Shown here one piece after another: positions 22,801 to 34,752 of a stretch of DNA of 64,000 nucleotides. The number at the start of each line of letters is the position of its first letter. Position 1 is the first letter of the stretch. Source of the DNA: Rhina ancylostomus. Lineage: Eukaryota. Under the pieces are notes generated by a model, which made no database searches, was not told the DNA's origin, and was given only the letters and a program-made list of their open reading frames with translations. The position numbers and the translations under genes are program-made. The stretch is from positions 36,393,559 through 36,457,558 of the forward strand of contig JARFYF010000017.1 in assembly GCA_030265395.1 (NCBI GenBank), read 5' to 3'.

Positions 22801-25800
22801 TGAATGCATGCTGGTCCACCATGTGGTCCCAAACTGAGAGAAATCTCTCATTTCTCTCTCTCTCATTTCTCACTCTCTCTCTCTTCCACTCCCCCCAATT
22901 ATGCTTTCTTGTACAGCAATATTCAAAGTATTTTGTTCATCTTAATCTATATTCCCTTGCTCATTTTTAAATGTCCATTTAAACTTGACCCAATGACGTA
23001 CAAGCCAGATCCAACAATCCATCAGCAATAATAGGGAACAGAATTGAATGGTGAGTTCAAAGTGAATTGATGGAAGATTGAAAAAGACAAAAATAGAGTT
23101 GAGAAGAATGTGCTGCCTTCATTAGCATGAGGCACTCTCACAAGTTTGTAAGGAACCAGAGGTGGAAGTATACCATTTTGGTTCACGCAGAAAATATCTG
23201 AAGGTATGTTTTATGAATGATTGCTAGGTAAAGGCAAAGCTGGTGATGGTAATTTAAGCCACACTGAATAAGTTTTGGAGGACTTTTCAGGTGGTTTAAT
23301 ATTGAAAAATTAAAAATTTTCTGAATCTGTCAAAATTTGGTAAGGAAAACAGTTAACACTATTAAAAGGGAAAGTTTATGGCAGCCTGAAAAATACAGCC
23401 CTGTTCAATTATTTATCAATTTCAGTTATTTCCAGAATAAAGAAGACTTTGACTAACTTTCAGTACATTAGCAATTCAAAATAATTGTCTAAACATTGTG
23501 AATATTTAGTTTGATGTAATCAAAAGATTTTTTTAAAATTAGGCTTGGTGAGGAAAGGCATTTCTTCAAAATAACCTGTTGAAACAGCTGGTCAGTTAGA
23601 TTCTGCAGGTCTCCAAATCATTATTTGTTAATTGATTTGAAAATTAAAGTTATATAGAAAGCCAAATGTGCATTAGGATCTTTCCATTTTCCAGACTTAA
23701 ATCAAAATTTAAAGGCTGTGGCAATGTCATTCATTGAATATGTCAAAGTCTTAGTTCCATAGAGCATGACATTTTGCATTTGTTTACAATGTGACTAAAC
23801 CAAATGGTAGCTGCTAAAAACATGTTACTCTTCAATTGAACAAATTAGAACACTTTATGATGAACTTTTTCCCATTAGTTTAGCATAGTGGTATGAAACA
23901 GTAAATTTGAATACTTTTAAGCTAATATTAATGATCCTTGAGAACTAAAAGATAAATGTGGGTTATTTCTTCCTGTGGAATAAACATTTAATTTTAAAGA
24001 GTTGGGTCAAGCACACAAAAACAGGGTTGCTACTATTTTCCCGTTAGTAATAGCACACTATTATTAAATTGAACTAAATATCTTATAATTAAATTTTCAC
24101 CTTCAGGGATTAGTGCTATGTTTTTGCTTAGATACCCAAATGATTATTTTTAATAAACTACTCAAATAGATATCAGTCACAGACGTATCTGGCTGTCATA
24201 GAGTATTTTGAAGCATTGACAATAATATATTCTTCATGCTTTGCAGAAGCAGGTGTTTCATGTGCAGTGTGTAAAGGATGAAAAAGATTGTTGACTAACC
24301 AAATTTGAGTTAGCAAACTAGCATATAAAAGGAATCCTGAATTATCAATGGCTTGAGATGTTCATTATATTTCACCACTTGTGTCCTTTTAAAAGAGTAC
24401 CTCTTGTTCAAATATTTCTGCTAATTCATCAATTTTTCACTCTGCAAATATCACTTACTTTAGATGAAAGGTTATATGGACTACACCTAATTTTTTGAAA
24501 GCATATCAACTGGATGTAGATTTTAACCAGGATATATGTTTAGAACCTTCAGGAAGGTCACTTGTCTTTCCAGATGCCCATCAGTTTTGAAAGAGTTAAA
24601 TGACTTTTTTTGCCCTATTTCATATGTTTGTGTGTGTACATATGTATATATACGTGTACGTATATATGTGTGTGTGTGTGGCCACTTTGCACTGTTAGGT
24701 TGTTGATTCAGATTTACTTATTTTCTTTCCTTTAATCTTTATTTACACTGAAGGAAATAATGCCTCTCAATGCTTATTTGAATTAATTGTTTACAAATGT
24801 AAATCTGTATAACAGTGTCAAGTTGGAGGCATTTTGTTTTCAACTGGTTTCACTTTAGATTTTACAGAAATCATATAAGAGGCAAAGATAAAAGATGCAT
24901 AAAGGGATATGTAGACAGGAAAATATGAACAAAGTGGTCACACATTTATGTTCCCCTAATCCAACTTTTGCTGTCATATCTAGTGATGGTTCAGGAGAAT
25001 TATCAATAAATGACCAGTCAGTCAGGCTCATGATTGTGATGTAGAAAAGTAAAACTGTCAGAGGACGAGGTGAACCCTATTTGGCTGCAGATAAATGTCC
25101 AGTTTAGTGCTATATCTGGTAAGGTGGTCCTAAGTGCACACAAAATAGAAAATGTACTAATACTTCAGTAAATTGTAAGATTTTAACTGGTTAAGATTTC
25201 TGCATACACCTAGGGCACCCTAGGTTAATTTGCACCAAGTTTTCTTTTAATTTGACTAATTTTATCTTAAATGGAGCTTCCCCCTCTGTGATGGAAGCAA
25301 GCACTAATACTGGGCAGACATTCTTAATATAATATTTCCCGGAGCTCACATTATTTTCAGCTACAATGTGTGGAAGTACAAGTTTCAATGTAAACTCATT
25401 TATAAATCTTTATCAAGACCTTCTTTTCATTATATTCTTGCTTCTGTTTGTGGCCACAAGTGTGTCCTTTGGTTAAAATTTATTGAAGCCTCCTAAAATT
25501 AACCAACGCTTTCTTGATATTACAAGAGACTTGTTCTCTTTGGAAAGGAGCATTTTTGATCCTTCTAGCTTTCCAGTTTGCAGCTTTTTGAAATGATCCA
25601 ATGGTAAATCTGTTTTGAAATGTTTGAAACTTATTCATGGTATCCAGGAAAACTCAAGTAGAATCATTTTTGTCATATCCCAATATCATCCAGCTCACAC
25701 GAGGATTCCTGCAGAAGTTCCAAGTTTCCTGGCCATTTTCTGGCTGTCATCCCAATGCATTTCAGCAGATGAGCAGAAGCTTGCTGATGTTCTCCAACAT

Positions 25801-26669
25801 TTATTCCAGGATCTGCAAGCCCATTGATTTCATTAGAAATTTTAGGGCTGAAAGCAGAAAAGAGGAAAGATTAATATAAATTCCTTTTCTTAAATCAGTG
25901 CAATTTGTTAAATGTGTTTAATTTCTAACAGAGCTATTGAAAACATTAAAACAATGACAGTTTTGATAGCTGCCAAAACTAGAGGCAAGACTCTGTCAAA
26001 GACTTTCAGAGGAGTTTTCTGGCTGGACCTTGTCCTGAAATAGCCATGGCACTCTGTCTTTTTGAATCCCAACCATCATTCAGGGCCACCCAGCACCACC
26101 TGGCCAAGTATGATTGTCTTCTGGATTTGGATGAAGTAAATTCAGGCAAGTGGCAACCACTTGCTGACCAGTGGGATTTTGACACTAAAATCCTGGCCAT
26201 TAGGTTTATTTACCTTTTTAACTTTAACCAAAACATGCTGATCAGATGTTAATGGCTGATACACTTCCGCGATTTTCGCAGTGGAACTCAATAATTCAAA
26301 ATGCCTGATGTAGCTGGGCTCCACAGATGGTGTTTCAGGCTGCTCAGTACTTTCTCTGTCAACTTACAGGCTGAACAATTAAATAATCCTCATAACCTGG
26401 AAATTTGCATCAAGGAACTAAGAAAGAAATTTACTTATCAGAGTAGTTGACTAAGAGACAAGAGCCTTTAAATAACTGCTTGTGTGCAACTATGGCTTGT
26501 GAAAATGTTTCCTTGAAGTCTGATATTTTAATATTAATGAACAGAATTGCTACATGAGAAAACAAGACTAAATTACACTACTGTCATTCATCTTATTGTT
26601 GAAATTGACATTTTTTCAAAGATTTTGCTGCTATTAATTAATATAAAAATGTATTTTTTAATTATTCTT

Positions 26670-26790
26670 TTTGGAGTGGAAGTGTTGCTGGTAAGGCCAG
26701 CGTTTATTGTCCATCCTGATTGCCCTGGAGAAGAAAGTGATGGTGAGACTCCTTTTTTGAACACCTGAAATCCTTCTATAATCCTATAAT
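26670..26790 (-). mobile_element. LINE 3'-terminal fragment (probably the same family as 19300-19700)
   Basis: GTTGCTGGTAAGGCCAGCGTTTATTGTCCATCCTGATTGCCCTGGAGAAG resembles a common chondrichthyan LINE/SINE tail. Confidence 0.5.
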
Positions 26791-26983
26791 GCTGTTGAGA
26801 TAAAATGTTCGAATATCTTCGTTAAAATTATAGACATGTTGAAATGTATTCCTAAGTCTAAATGCTGTACTTGTCAGTTCTTTAAACTGTTAATACTTTA
26901 CCAAATAATTGTAGTGATTTGTTTATTGCGATTATTGTCTATTTCCAGAAATGTCCTGATTTTTCTTCTTTCTCACTATCTAG

Positions 26984-27105
26984 TGAATGAAATTATTGGA
27001 AGAGATATGTCACAGATTCCAACTTCTCGTGCAGCAGCATCGCATGTGGAGTCACAGTGTGCCTGCCCCGGAGCTTTGGAAAATGAGATACCTGAAGGAG
27101 TCTAA
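26984..27105 (+). CDS. nfatc3: NFATc3 (nuclear factor of activated T-cells, cytoplasmic 3) terminal coding exon
   Basis: Phase-1 exon after a strong acceptor. Translates (V)NEIIGRDMSQIPTSRAAASHVESQCACPGALENEIPEGV*. The first 12 residues match the NFATc3 C-terminal motif ...LDD-VNEIIGRDMSQI as I recall it. NFATc1, c2 and c4 have VNEIIRND, VNEIIRKE and VSEIIGRDL. Confidence 0.93.
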
Positions 27106-28378
27106 TGTCAACTATAAACAGCATGTATTTAGTTGTCTTGCTGATCTTCATCAGGTTGATGTCCAACATCGATCCCACCCTCACCCCCAACTTTAAAATT
27201 TGCTGTGCTTCCAACATTGTGGCCTTCTATAAACTGGAACAGTTGATCCTTGCGTAGTTCTACAAGGGGTGCTGCAGTTCTATACTGAAATTGAACCATA
27301 TGGTGTCAGTCCTGCATTGTAATGTTCCATAAAATGCTGTCTTCTTTTTCCTGCATTTCATAGCAACAGGAATAATAATTCTGAAAAAGCATAGAGGTGA
27401 CTTTAATCTACCATAACAACACTGAGAGTTTGCTCTCCTCAAGTAGATTAATTCAAATAATATGCTGTATATGGATAATGTTGTACTACAATTAAGGTGA
27501 TTTGTATCTGCTGTAGTACCTACCTTAAATATTACACACGTTTTAAGCTAAATGGGGTTTAGTGAGGTCTGTGGTTTGGTGTTAATACAGATAGATGGTA
27601 AAAGAATTGCTGCGAATAGTGACATCTGCATTTTGTCATTCTGAAGAGTGCTTATTAAGCTTGTAGGTTTCTTGAAAATGAAAACTTCCAGAGACAAGTA
27701 AACCTGGCCAGTGTAGCTGATATCACGAAACCATCATGTACAAACAACAGTTTATTTGTTAATAGGAAGCAAAGCCAAAATGTACTATTGCATATGTTTA
27801 TTAACTTAAATTGGTATCTTGTAGATTTAACAGACCATTCCATCATGGAAATATGTGGTCAGGATGGGGAGGGAGGGTGGGGGAAACAACATTCCAAATT
27901 CAAGGAGTTTTTGCAACTTTATAGATGTTCAAGATAGCACAAATACAAGCGCCTTACTAATTTAGCTTTTAGAATTTGTCAGAAATAGAATTAATGCATT
28001 TTGTAACAAGATGTATGGAATAAATAACTTTTACTATGTCACAGGATTTAAGTTGAAGCCAACAGTTTGCAGAGGATTTTAAGTGCTTTTGAAATGTTTT
28101 GGTCATTTGCAAAAGCCCATATGACTCATGAATCTCCACCGGCTGACCTTATCTAGCAGGTCCCCTGAAAAAACAGTCATACAAGCTGCATATGCAGTAT
28201 GAGGCGGCTGAGAAGAAAACCAGTACTTCGTTCACACAGCAGCACTAGTAATCCTCTTTTGTATAATTAGGATTGTTTGGATCAGATACATTCTGGTTAA
28301 CATCTTAAATAATTATAGATGGAGCTATAATTCATGGCATTGTATTTGGTAAAGTAGAAACAAAACTAGGAAACAAAT

Positions 28379-29105
28379 TGGCCTAAATTTTAGGTTGTAA
28401 TGGTAATAAAACTATCAGCATTCTCTGCCTTAACACCATAAAACTGACAGCAAATTTATTTTCCTTGCATATGCAGATTAATGCAGAAATAAAATTGCTG
28501 TCATTGATTTAGCCTTCCCTGCAGGTTGTGATGTCTTGCAGCCTTTGCCATTAAAATCAAGGGAAATTGGTTGAAATAACAGGATGGTATTTAAGCTACT
28601 TTCAAGCTAACTGAAAAATATGCTGATAATATTTTTTATTAAATGAGGTCAAAATTAGTTTTTAATTATTAAAGGATAATGATGGCTCAATAAATGTTCT
28701 GGCCCAAAAACTAAATCCCTCAAATAAATATTTCAAAATATTAATTGATTTTAAAATATTTATTTTTTAAGATGTTTATTTATATTTTAGCTTCTACCAT
28801 AATCATTTGTGTAAGTTCCAATCTCTATTTTTCCAACAGAAATGTTTAAAATGTTTGCTAAAAATTGGGTCCTTTCCTTTCTGGTTTGCTGTCTGAGAGA
28901 TGGTTCTAATATGATTGGCTGGTCAGCCAGTTTGATATAATCATGGCTACCAGATTGTGTTGAACTGATGCCTTTCAGCATTCCTCATCAGAAAAGGAAA
29001 AACTCCCACCACCACCCCAAGAAACCACTGAATTTTTGTGGACAGCTTTTTTTGAGATCAATAGCAAGTGCCATTACTTCACCAGTAAGTACAAAATCTG
29101 GGCCC
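28379..29105. mobile_element. Possible decayed MITE within the 3' UTR
   Basis: Imperfect terminal inverted repeats TGGCCTAAATTTTA / CAAAATCTGGGCCC, plus an internal inverted pair TGACAGCAAATTT / AAATTGCTGTCA. Confidence 0.35.
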
Positions 29106-29318
29106 AGTTTCTCTGCTCAGTGAAATTGTGCAGCATTCAAAGGACTGGCATGTAGGGTAGTTGAAATCTTGTTTGTTTAGATCCATAGCCATCTGAATCA
29201 TCACCTTCTTAAAAGCAATGCAGTAGTCACTGGTGTGGAATACCAGTTTTAAAAAAAGATCTTAAAAAGTGAAATTCAAATGAAGTAACTCCGCTATTGG
29301 TCTGTTCTGCATTTGTTT

Positions 29319-29321
<3 letters not shown>

Positions 29322-29349
<28 letters not shown>
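29322..29349. repeat. (TA)n microsatellite
   Basis: Direct reading. Confidence 0.95.
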
Positions 29350-30263
29350 CAAGATGCACACTCAAAGGCTGTTTTGTAAAATAGCACAAATACAGCTTAA
29401 AGAATGTTTCATGAGATTATGTAATGTAGAAAATGAAACAAAGTTTGCTGTTATTCTTGTCAGGATAATAAATTTGTTCTTTTTCAGGCTTGGAATATTA
29501 AAAGTATGTTCAATGCAAAAAAAATTGACACCACATGAGGGAGATATAAAAAAAACCATGAGAATGTTTAATTTACTATCCATCCCCCCAAAAAAACAAA
29601 TTGAAGGACAATTCTGATTACTATGGGACCCATAAAAATATCCTATTTGTAATTAATAGGGAGCTATTTGTTTTTGAGGTTTTACGAGTTTCGTGTTGGT
29701 CTTCTAACTGCCAAATTGCAATTTCACATTTCAACAAAAAAATGAAATAGTTAATGAAGCAGGATAATATTTTCATAACCCTGCTCTCAGTATTAGGAAG
29801 CTCTGACCTGAGTATCGTTCTTAACATTAGAATGCGCTTACGCAATAGTGAAAGGTTCAGTTGTTTTCCGCTCCCTATACTGAACTACTACGATAACCAT
29901 CAAGCTTGGTTTAGTTCACATTATATCTAGCACTTATTGCATAATCTATGATGACTCGTACCATTTTCCTGCCTTAGCTTTGACCTGGAATATCATAGCA
30001 TGTAGAATTTGTAATGATTGGCACACCATGTGAGTTGTCCTTGCAAATTCTCTTAAGTGACTTGTGAAGCTGTACTATACTAGTGTACGGAAGCCCGTAA
30101 ACTCCCCAGAAAATCCTATGCACTGAACTTCCCGTTGCCTTCAAAATTACCTTGTCGCCTGAAGACGTAGAAATCCTAGAACTGCTTTAAAAAAGCCTAT
30201 AGCTGTGGACAGCCACTTTTCTTCTATATATCTGCTTTGTCGAGGATTACATACAAAGGTCTT

Positions 30264-30269
30264 AATAAA
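30264..30269 (+). terminator. Candidate proximal polyadenylation signal
   Basis: AATAAA followed by a T/GT-rich tract (TTTTGTTGGTTTATTTCTTT). Confidence 0.35.
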
Positions 30270-31031
30270 ACAGCATTTTGTTGGTTTATTTCTTTAATAT
30301 GTAGAAAAACAACTTCATGAATCTTGTTTGTTTTAACTGATTGTCATAAAAGCACAGACTTTAGGCTATGCAAATTCAGCTTTGTTAACAGCACAGTGGA
30401 GTTTTGGCCTGTTGGTATTTACAAAAAATAAGCTGAAATATATGGTACCCTCTGCGCTGACTGGATGTGTATTTAAAAAACACTCGTAGAACTTTTGGAA
30501 AGCTATAGGGAAAGCCTTAACATTTTATTCAAATGCTAGAAAAATCTGTAAATTTCAAAGAACTGTGGTTGTATTTTAGTAAAATAAACTACAATAAGGG
30601 TACTGGATTATAATTGTGTTAGTTATAAAAAGGATGGAATGGGGATTGTATAATTTGGAACTGAAACTGGCTTCAGTGCAATTATGTTCATCCTTTGGAA
30701 AACATTACTGTGTCAATGGAACTGCCATCCTTTTTTTAACCAAAGAATAAAACTTTCACTTGCTGGTGTGAACACTTGCTTTAAAACTCTATTTTTGATA
30801 CTCAAAACAGATGTCATTCCTAATGGTCGACTATTCAACAATTGTATGTTTTGTAGAAGGAGCAAAACTACTACAGGCTACGTCAGCTGTTCTGCAGATG
30901 TTTACAGAGCCTTGTAATTTCATGTACATTTTGTATTTTTAAATTTTGTAAGGAATTTTAAGATTGCTGTGCTGTTGAGAGACGTACAAATGAAAAAACT
31001 TACATCCTAGGCTCTTAAATCATAGTGTTTA

Positions 31032-31037
31032 AATAAA
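31032..31037 (+). terminator. Candidate distal polyadenylation signal of nfatc3
   Basis: AATAAA with several TGTA elements upstream (30913-30950), CA at 31053-31054 and downstream GTGTTTTT. Confidence 0.55.
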
Positions 31038-31729
31038 ATGTAAGATGTATAACATTGAGTGTTTTTATCAGTTACTTGAAGTTATAGGCAGAAAGTTTGG
31101 ATGTTCTCTTTTAACTTACATATTTCACTCTTTGCAAATTCAGTTTGAATTCCACACTTTTCATAGGAAGAGTAGAAAACACTAACATATGTCAGTCACC
31201 AGAAAATAATGAAATACAGACTAAATTGACATTGATCAAATGGTTCAGGGATATTCTAAATCACAGCAGTTTCTGACATGGGCACTGATGTTATCGTTTA
31301 AGTATCTCCTGCCTGTGCTTGATTACAAGTATAAGTCCTGAAGTAATGAAGTTGTAATTTTAATTGTAAACTAAAAGGTGTCTAACTGAAGATACCCCCA
31401 CCTATAAATGCATTCCAAGATCCTGCATTATGCTGATATGCAAGTACCTATATGTGGACCATTGCAATAGTTTTCAAAGCTGCAGTGTGTCACTACAGAT
31501 TCTGGCAAGAGCACCTCTGAAATGGCGTAGATTATTTATGCCTACATTGTGACATAGTCTGTTTATATGTTGTAATATTCTATTAAGTCTATGGTAATGT
31601 TCATCTGTTAGTCTAATCCCACTCTCAAGATCACTAATATTTAATATCCTTAGATTTCAACCTAACTATACCTTTTGAATATTCTAGGGCTCTATTTCAA
31701 CAGCTTGTGGCATGACAGGGCTTAAAACA

Positions 31730-32560
31730 GCATGTCTTCTTGTGGTATCTGTTGTTAGGCAATTGACCTCCCATAGGAACCGTTGGAGTATAATTAAAGC
31801 CTCAATGCTGGGGACGTTGGTCTGGGAGAGGACAGTGATATTTATTTGAAAGATTTTGCTGAGATAGTGTTGGTAGATCCATGCAGTGCTTTGAGGTGCC
31901 TTCTGTCAATAGTCAATGTTTCAGAAGTGCATAGGAAGGCAGCAATCACCACTGTCCAGTGGGCTGTGAATTTTATGCTGGGTTTGAGGTCTTCAGTTTC
32001 AAATGCATTTTTCTTCAGGCAGCCGGAGATTTTGGTGGCATCCTGTAGTGTTGGTGAGTTTCACACCAGTGTCCACCTTCCCTCAGAAGTGACTCCTGAC
32101 AAATAGTAAGTGATCCAGGTTTTTCAAGGTTTCATTTTGTAGAAAGCAATGTTTGAACAGGTTTACATCCGTCATGTAGATTAACTCCCTTCCAGTGGGA
32201 AACTTGTTGGATGTGAGGTGCAGGATCAGTGCATGAAAGGTTTACACCAGTCTGTACTAAGATTGGATCTGTTGTGAACACATTAGCCAAGATCATAGCG
32301 TGCATGCCATCATGAAGCAGACAACTTTCAATGGGCACAGATTTGAAAAGGATACTCCAATTGACAATCAAAGACTTTGGCGTCAAACCATGCTGGGTAT
32401 AGTGGATAATGGTGTTCACTGCTTGTCTCTTGAGGCTGCTGTGCCTTATGAATGGAATCCACAGTGCAATTCAAGAAGCAGCTGCGGAGGATCCTAGTGA
32501 GCACTTTGCTGGGGCAAATAGGTGGGAGACATGTCTGTAGCCATTGGGAACTATGAAGAT
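31730..32560 (-). mobile_element. RTE-clade LINE RT fragment, decayed
   Basis: The minus strand reads LQDATKISGCLKKNAFETEDLKPSIKFTAHWTVVIAAFLCTSETLTIDRRHLKAL. This corresponds to the RTE motif A..AFGRL.KRVF...DL...TKL.VY.AVV...LLYGSETWT...RHLK.L. A VQTGV segment lies upstream. Confidence 0.75.
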
Positions 32561-33689
32561 ACTGCTTTTACTCCAATCTATTTCCAACTACAAGAAATTA
32601 CTGCTTCTTACTCTACATTGTTTCTGATTACCTGGCACTGCGTACTAGGAAAAAGAGCTGAGGAAGAAACCACCTAGAAAGGTCTGTGGCGTACTAAGTT
32701 AGCTACTGAGAAACAGGACAGTACAAAAACAGAACCTTCAGGGACCATGATAAATGACAGGTAAAACCATTTTACAAATTCACCCTCATTGATAATGACT
32801 TACTGTTGGTTTGTTTAGTATGAAATTAATTGGAGGTTAATTTATCATATTTGCCACCCTGTGCTTAATTTGGATTATTTTTCAGTTGATTGCAGAGGAC
32901 AAACAATGAGCTCAAAAGAACTACACTTCAACTTTGTGTTTAGCCTGTCAGGAAAAAAATGCCCTTACTGTGCAAAGCATATTCATACAATCATTAAGTT
33001 TTATTAACCATTCTTTTTATATTTCATCAACTGAATAATGTTAAATATTATGTTGCTTAAATTTATGCAGACTTTGTGGAGCAATGAGCTTAAATTGCAA
33101 GATTGTTTCCAGCAAGGAAAACACTAGTGGGAAATCAATGTCTGAGATGATAAAGAAAAAAAGACAGACTGGCTGTGGTCATGCTGCTAGATTTACAACA
33201 GCTATGCTTGGGTGACTGGGGGGGAAAGGAATAAACCTTTCATTAATGGCAGGAGGTGGCTGTAAAATAGTTTTTAAAAGAAAAATGAAAAGGGAAGTTT
33301 AGTGCTATGAGTACATGTACACAAGTCATTCTAAACGGACTAGATGGAAAAACAATGACTTAGGGATTCTTACTGATTAGCAAGCTACTGTTTAAAAACA
33401 GAATTGATTCCTTAGTATGCTAATATTTTAGATCTGAATCATTCATCCTGATAACATGCACAGGGAGGTCATAGGGTATTAAAGTGATGTCATTTGTACA
33501 AAGTTTTACTGTGTAGATAAGGCCTATGGGCAACGTGAGACTTATATTCTAAAGTAGGCTTTAACTGGAGGGTTGTCAACTTTGCAGGGGCTACCTGCAG
33601 TGAGTCTGAAGCATCCATCATTTCCAGGTCGATTCCCCACCCTTTGGGGGGGGGNNNNNNNNNNNNNNNNNNNNNNNNNNNNNNNNNTT

Positions 33690-33990
33690 TTATAGCTGAT
33701 GTCTTCAAGCAGCTCCAACTACCCTTCCTCCCCATATCATCTCCTCCCAGTCAGCTCACCCTTGAAATCTTCTTGTTCTTCCAACACCCATCCCACCCAC
33801 AATCTCTCCTTCTTACACCCAATCCTCTCTTTTCCACCTGCAATTCCATCCCTTCAAATCTCTCTGCACAACTCCCTACTCCAGTCAACTTGTGAATTCC
33901 TTTCCAATTATCAATCCCCACAATAATGGGAACTATCAGAAGAAGCTCTTTATGTCGGCTTCATCATAATACCCATCCTGCGCTGCATGA
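33690..33990 (+). mobile_element. Possible decayed L2 LINE fragment
   Basis: C/T-rich degenerate tract resembling 57500-58260. Confidence 0.3.
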
Positions 33991-34058
33991 CACCTTAAAC
34001 CTCACCTGATAGACTATTACTGCATATTGGCCCTGCACATAATTAATGCGAGCAGCTA

Positions 34059-34062
<4 letters not shown>

Positions 34063-34097
<35 letters not shown>
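34063..34097. repeat. (CT)n microsatellite
   Basis: Direct reading. Confidence 0.95.
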
Positions 34098-34101
<4 letters not shown>

Positions 34102-34254
34102 TTTAGCCTCAGAATTGAAGGGGCTAAAATTAGTAGACGTTATTTAATCTTAAAAATCAAGGGAGAAATGATTCTTGAAACATCCCATTATAAAATATTG
34201 CTAATGCTTCACCTCAAACCAGTTTCTACCACTGTTGAAATTTTAAAAAAATAA

Positions 34255-34752
34255 ACTGTTAATGCTGGAACTCTGAATGAAAAACAGAAAATGCTGGAAA
34301 AACTCAGCTGGTCAGGCAGCATCTCGGGAATAGAAAGAGTCAACGTTTTGAATCTGTGACAAAGCAACTGTGAGATGCAAAACACAGCTATTGCTAGAGA
34401 TCTGAAATAAGAGATTGCTTGGGATACCTGGGAGGTTAGACTGCATCTATGGAGAGAGAAGGCTTGAGCTAACATTTCAGATTGACCATTCTGTATCAGA
34501 ACTGGCCAGTTATTAATATAGGCTCGAGGAACAGCTCTAACTCGAGGAACGTCGGAGCCCTCAGGACTCAATATTGCATTCAACCTTCTCAGCACATCAT
34601 CCTTTCCAGTTTGTGTCAGAACTGGCCAGTCCCGTGAAAGGCCATCAACCTAATGTTAACTTTTTATTTCTCTCTCTCCCTCTGAACTCAATGCCCGATC
34701 TCCGGAGTGTTTCGGGTATTCTCTTACTTCAGATTTCCAGTAACTGCAGTGT
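34255..34752. mobile_element. Cluster of Penelope-terminus-like short repeats in both orientations
   Basis: AAACAGAAAATGCTGGAAAAACTCAGCTGGTCAGGCAGCATCT, a second diverged copy and an inverted copy ending TCAGATTTCCAG…TGCAG. The internal direct repeat TCAGAACTGGCCAGT occurs twice. Confidence 0.65.

Larger units (their letters stand above)
1..26983 (+). other. nfatc3: Last intron of nfatc3 (starts upstream of the window; at least 27 kb)
   Basis: Ends at a canonical acceptor (TCCTGAT branch-like motif, pyrimidine tract, TAG) before the recognisable NFATc3 terminal exon. No upstream NFAT coding exon is visible in the window. The + strand is T-rich. Confidence 0.8.
27106..31055 (+). other. nfatc3: Probable nfatc3 3' UTR (~3.9 kb)
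   Basis: AU-rich and LINE-poor sequence after the stop. It ends at AATAAA 31032-31037 with upstream TGTA motifs and a downstream GT-rich element. The end point is inferred. Confidence 0.6.

Noticed and set aside
25615-25879. Two overlapping 70-80 aa ORFs
   Set aside because: No similarity to NFAT or any family I recognise.
26836-26983. N-terminal part of the 89-aa ORF that ends in the NFATc3 tail
   Set aside because: Intronic polypyrimidine tract read in frame; the true exon starts at 26984.
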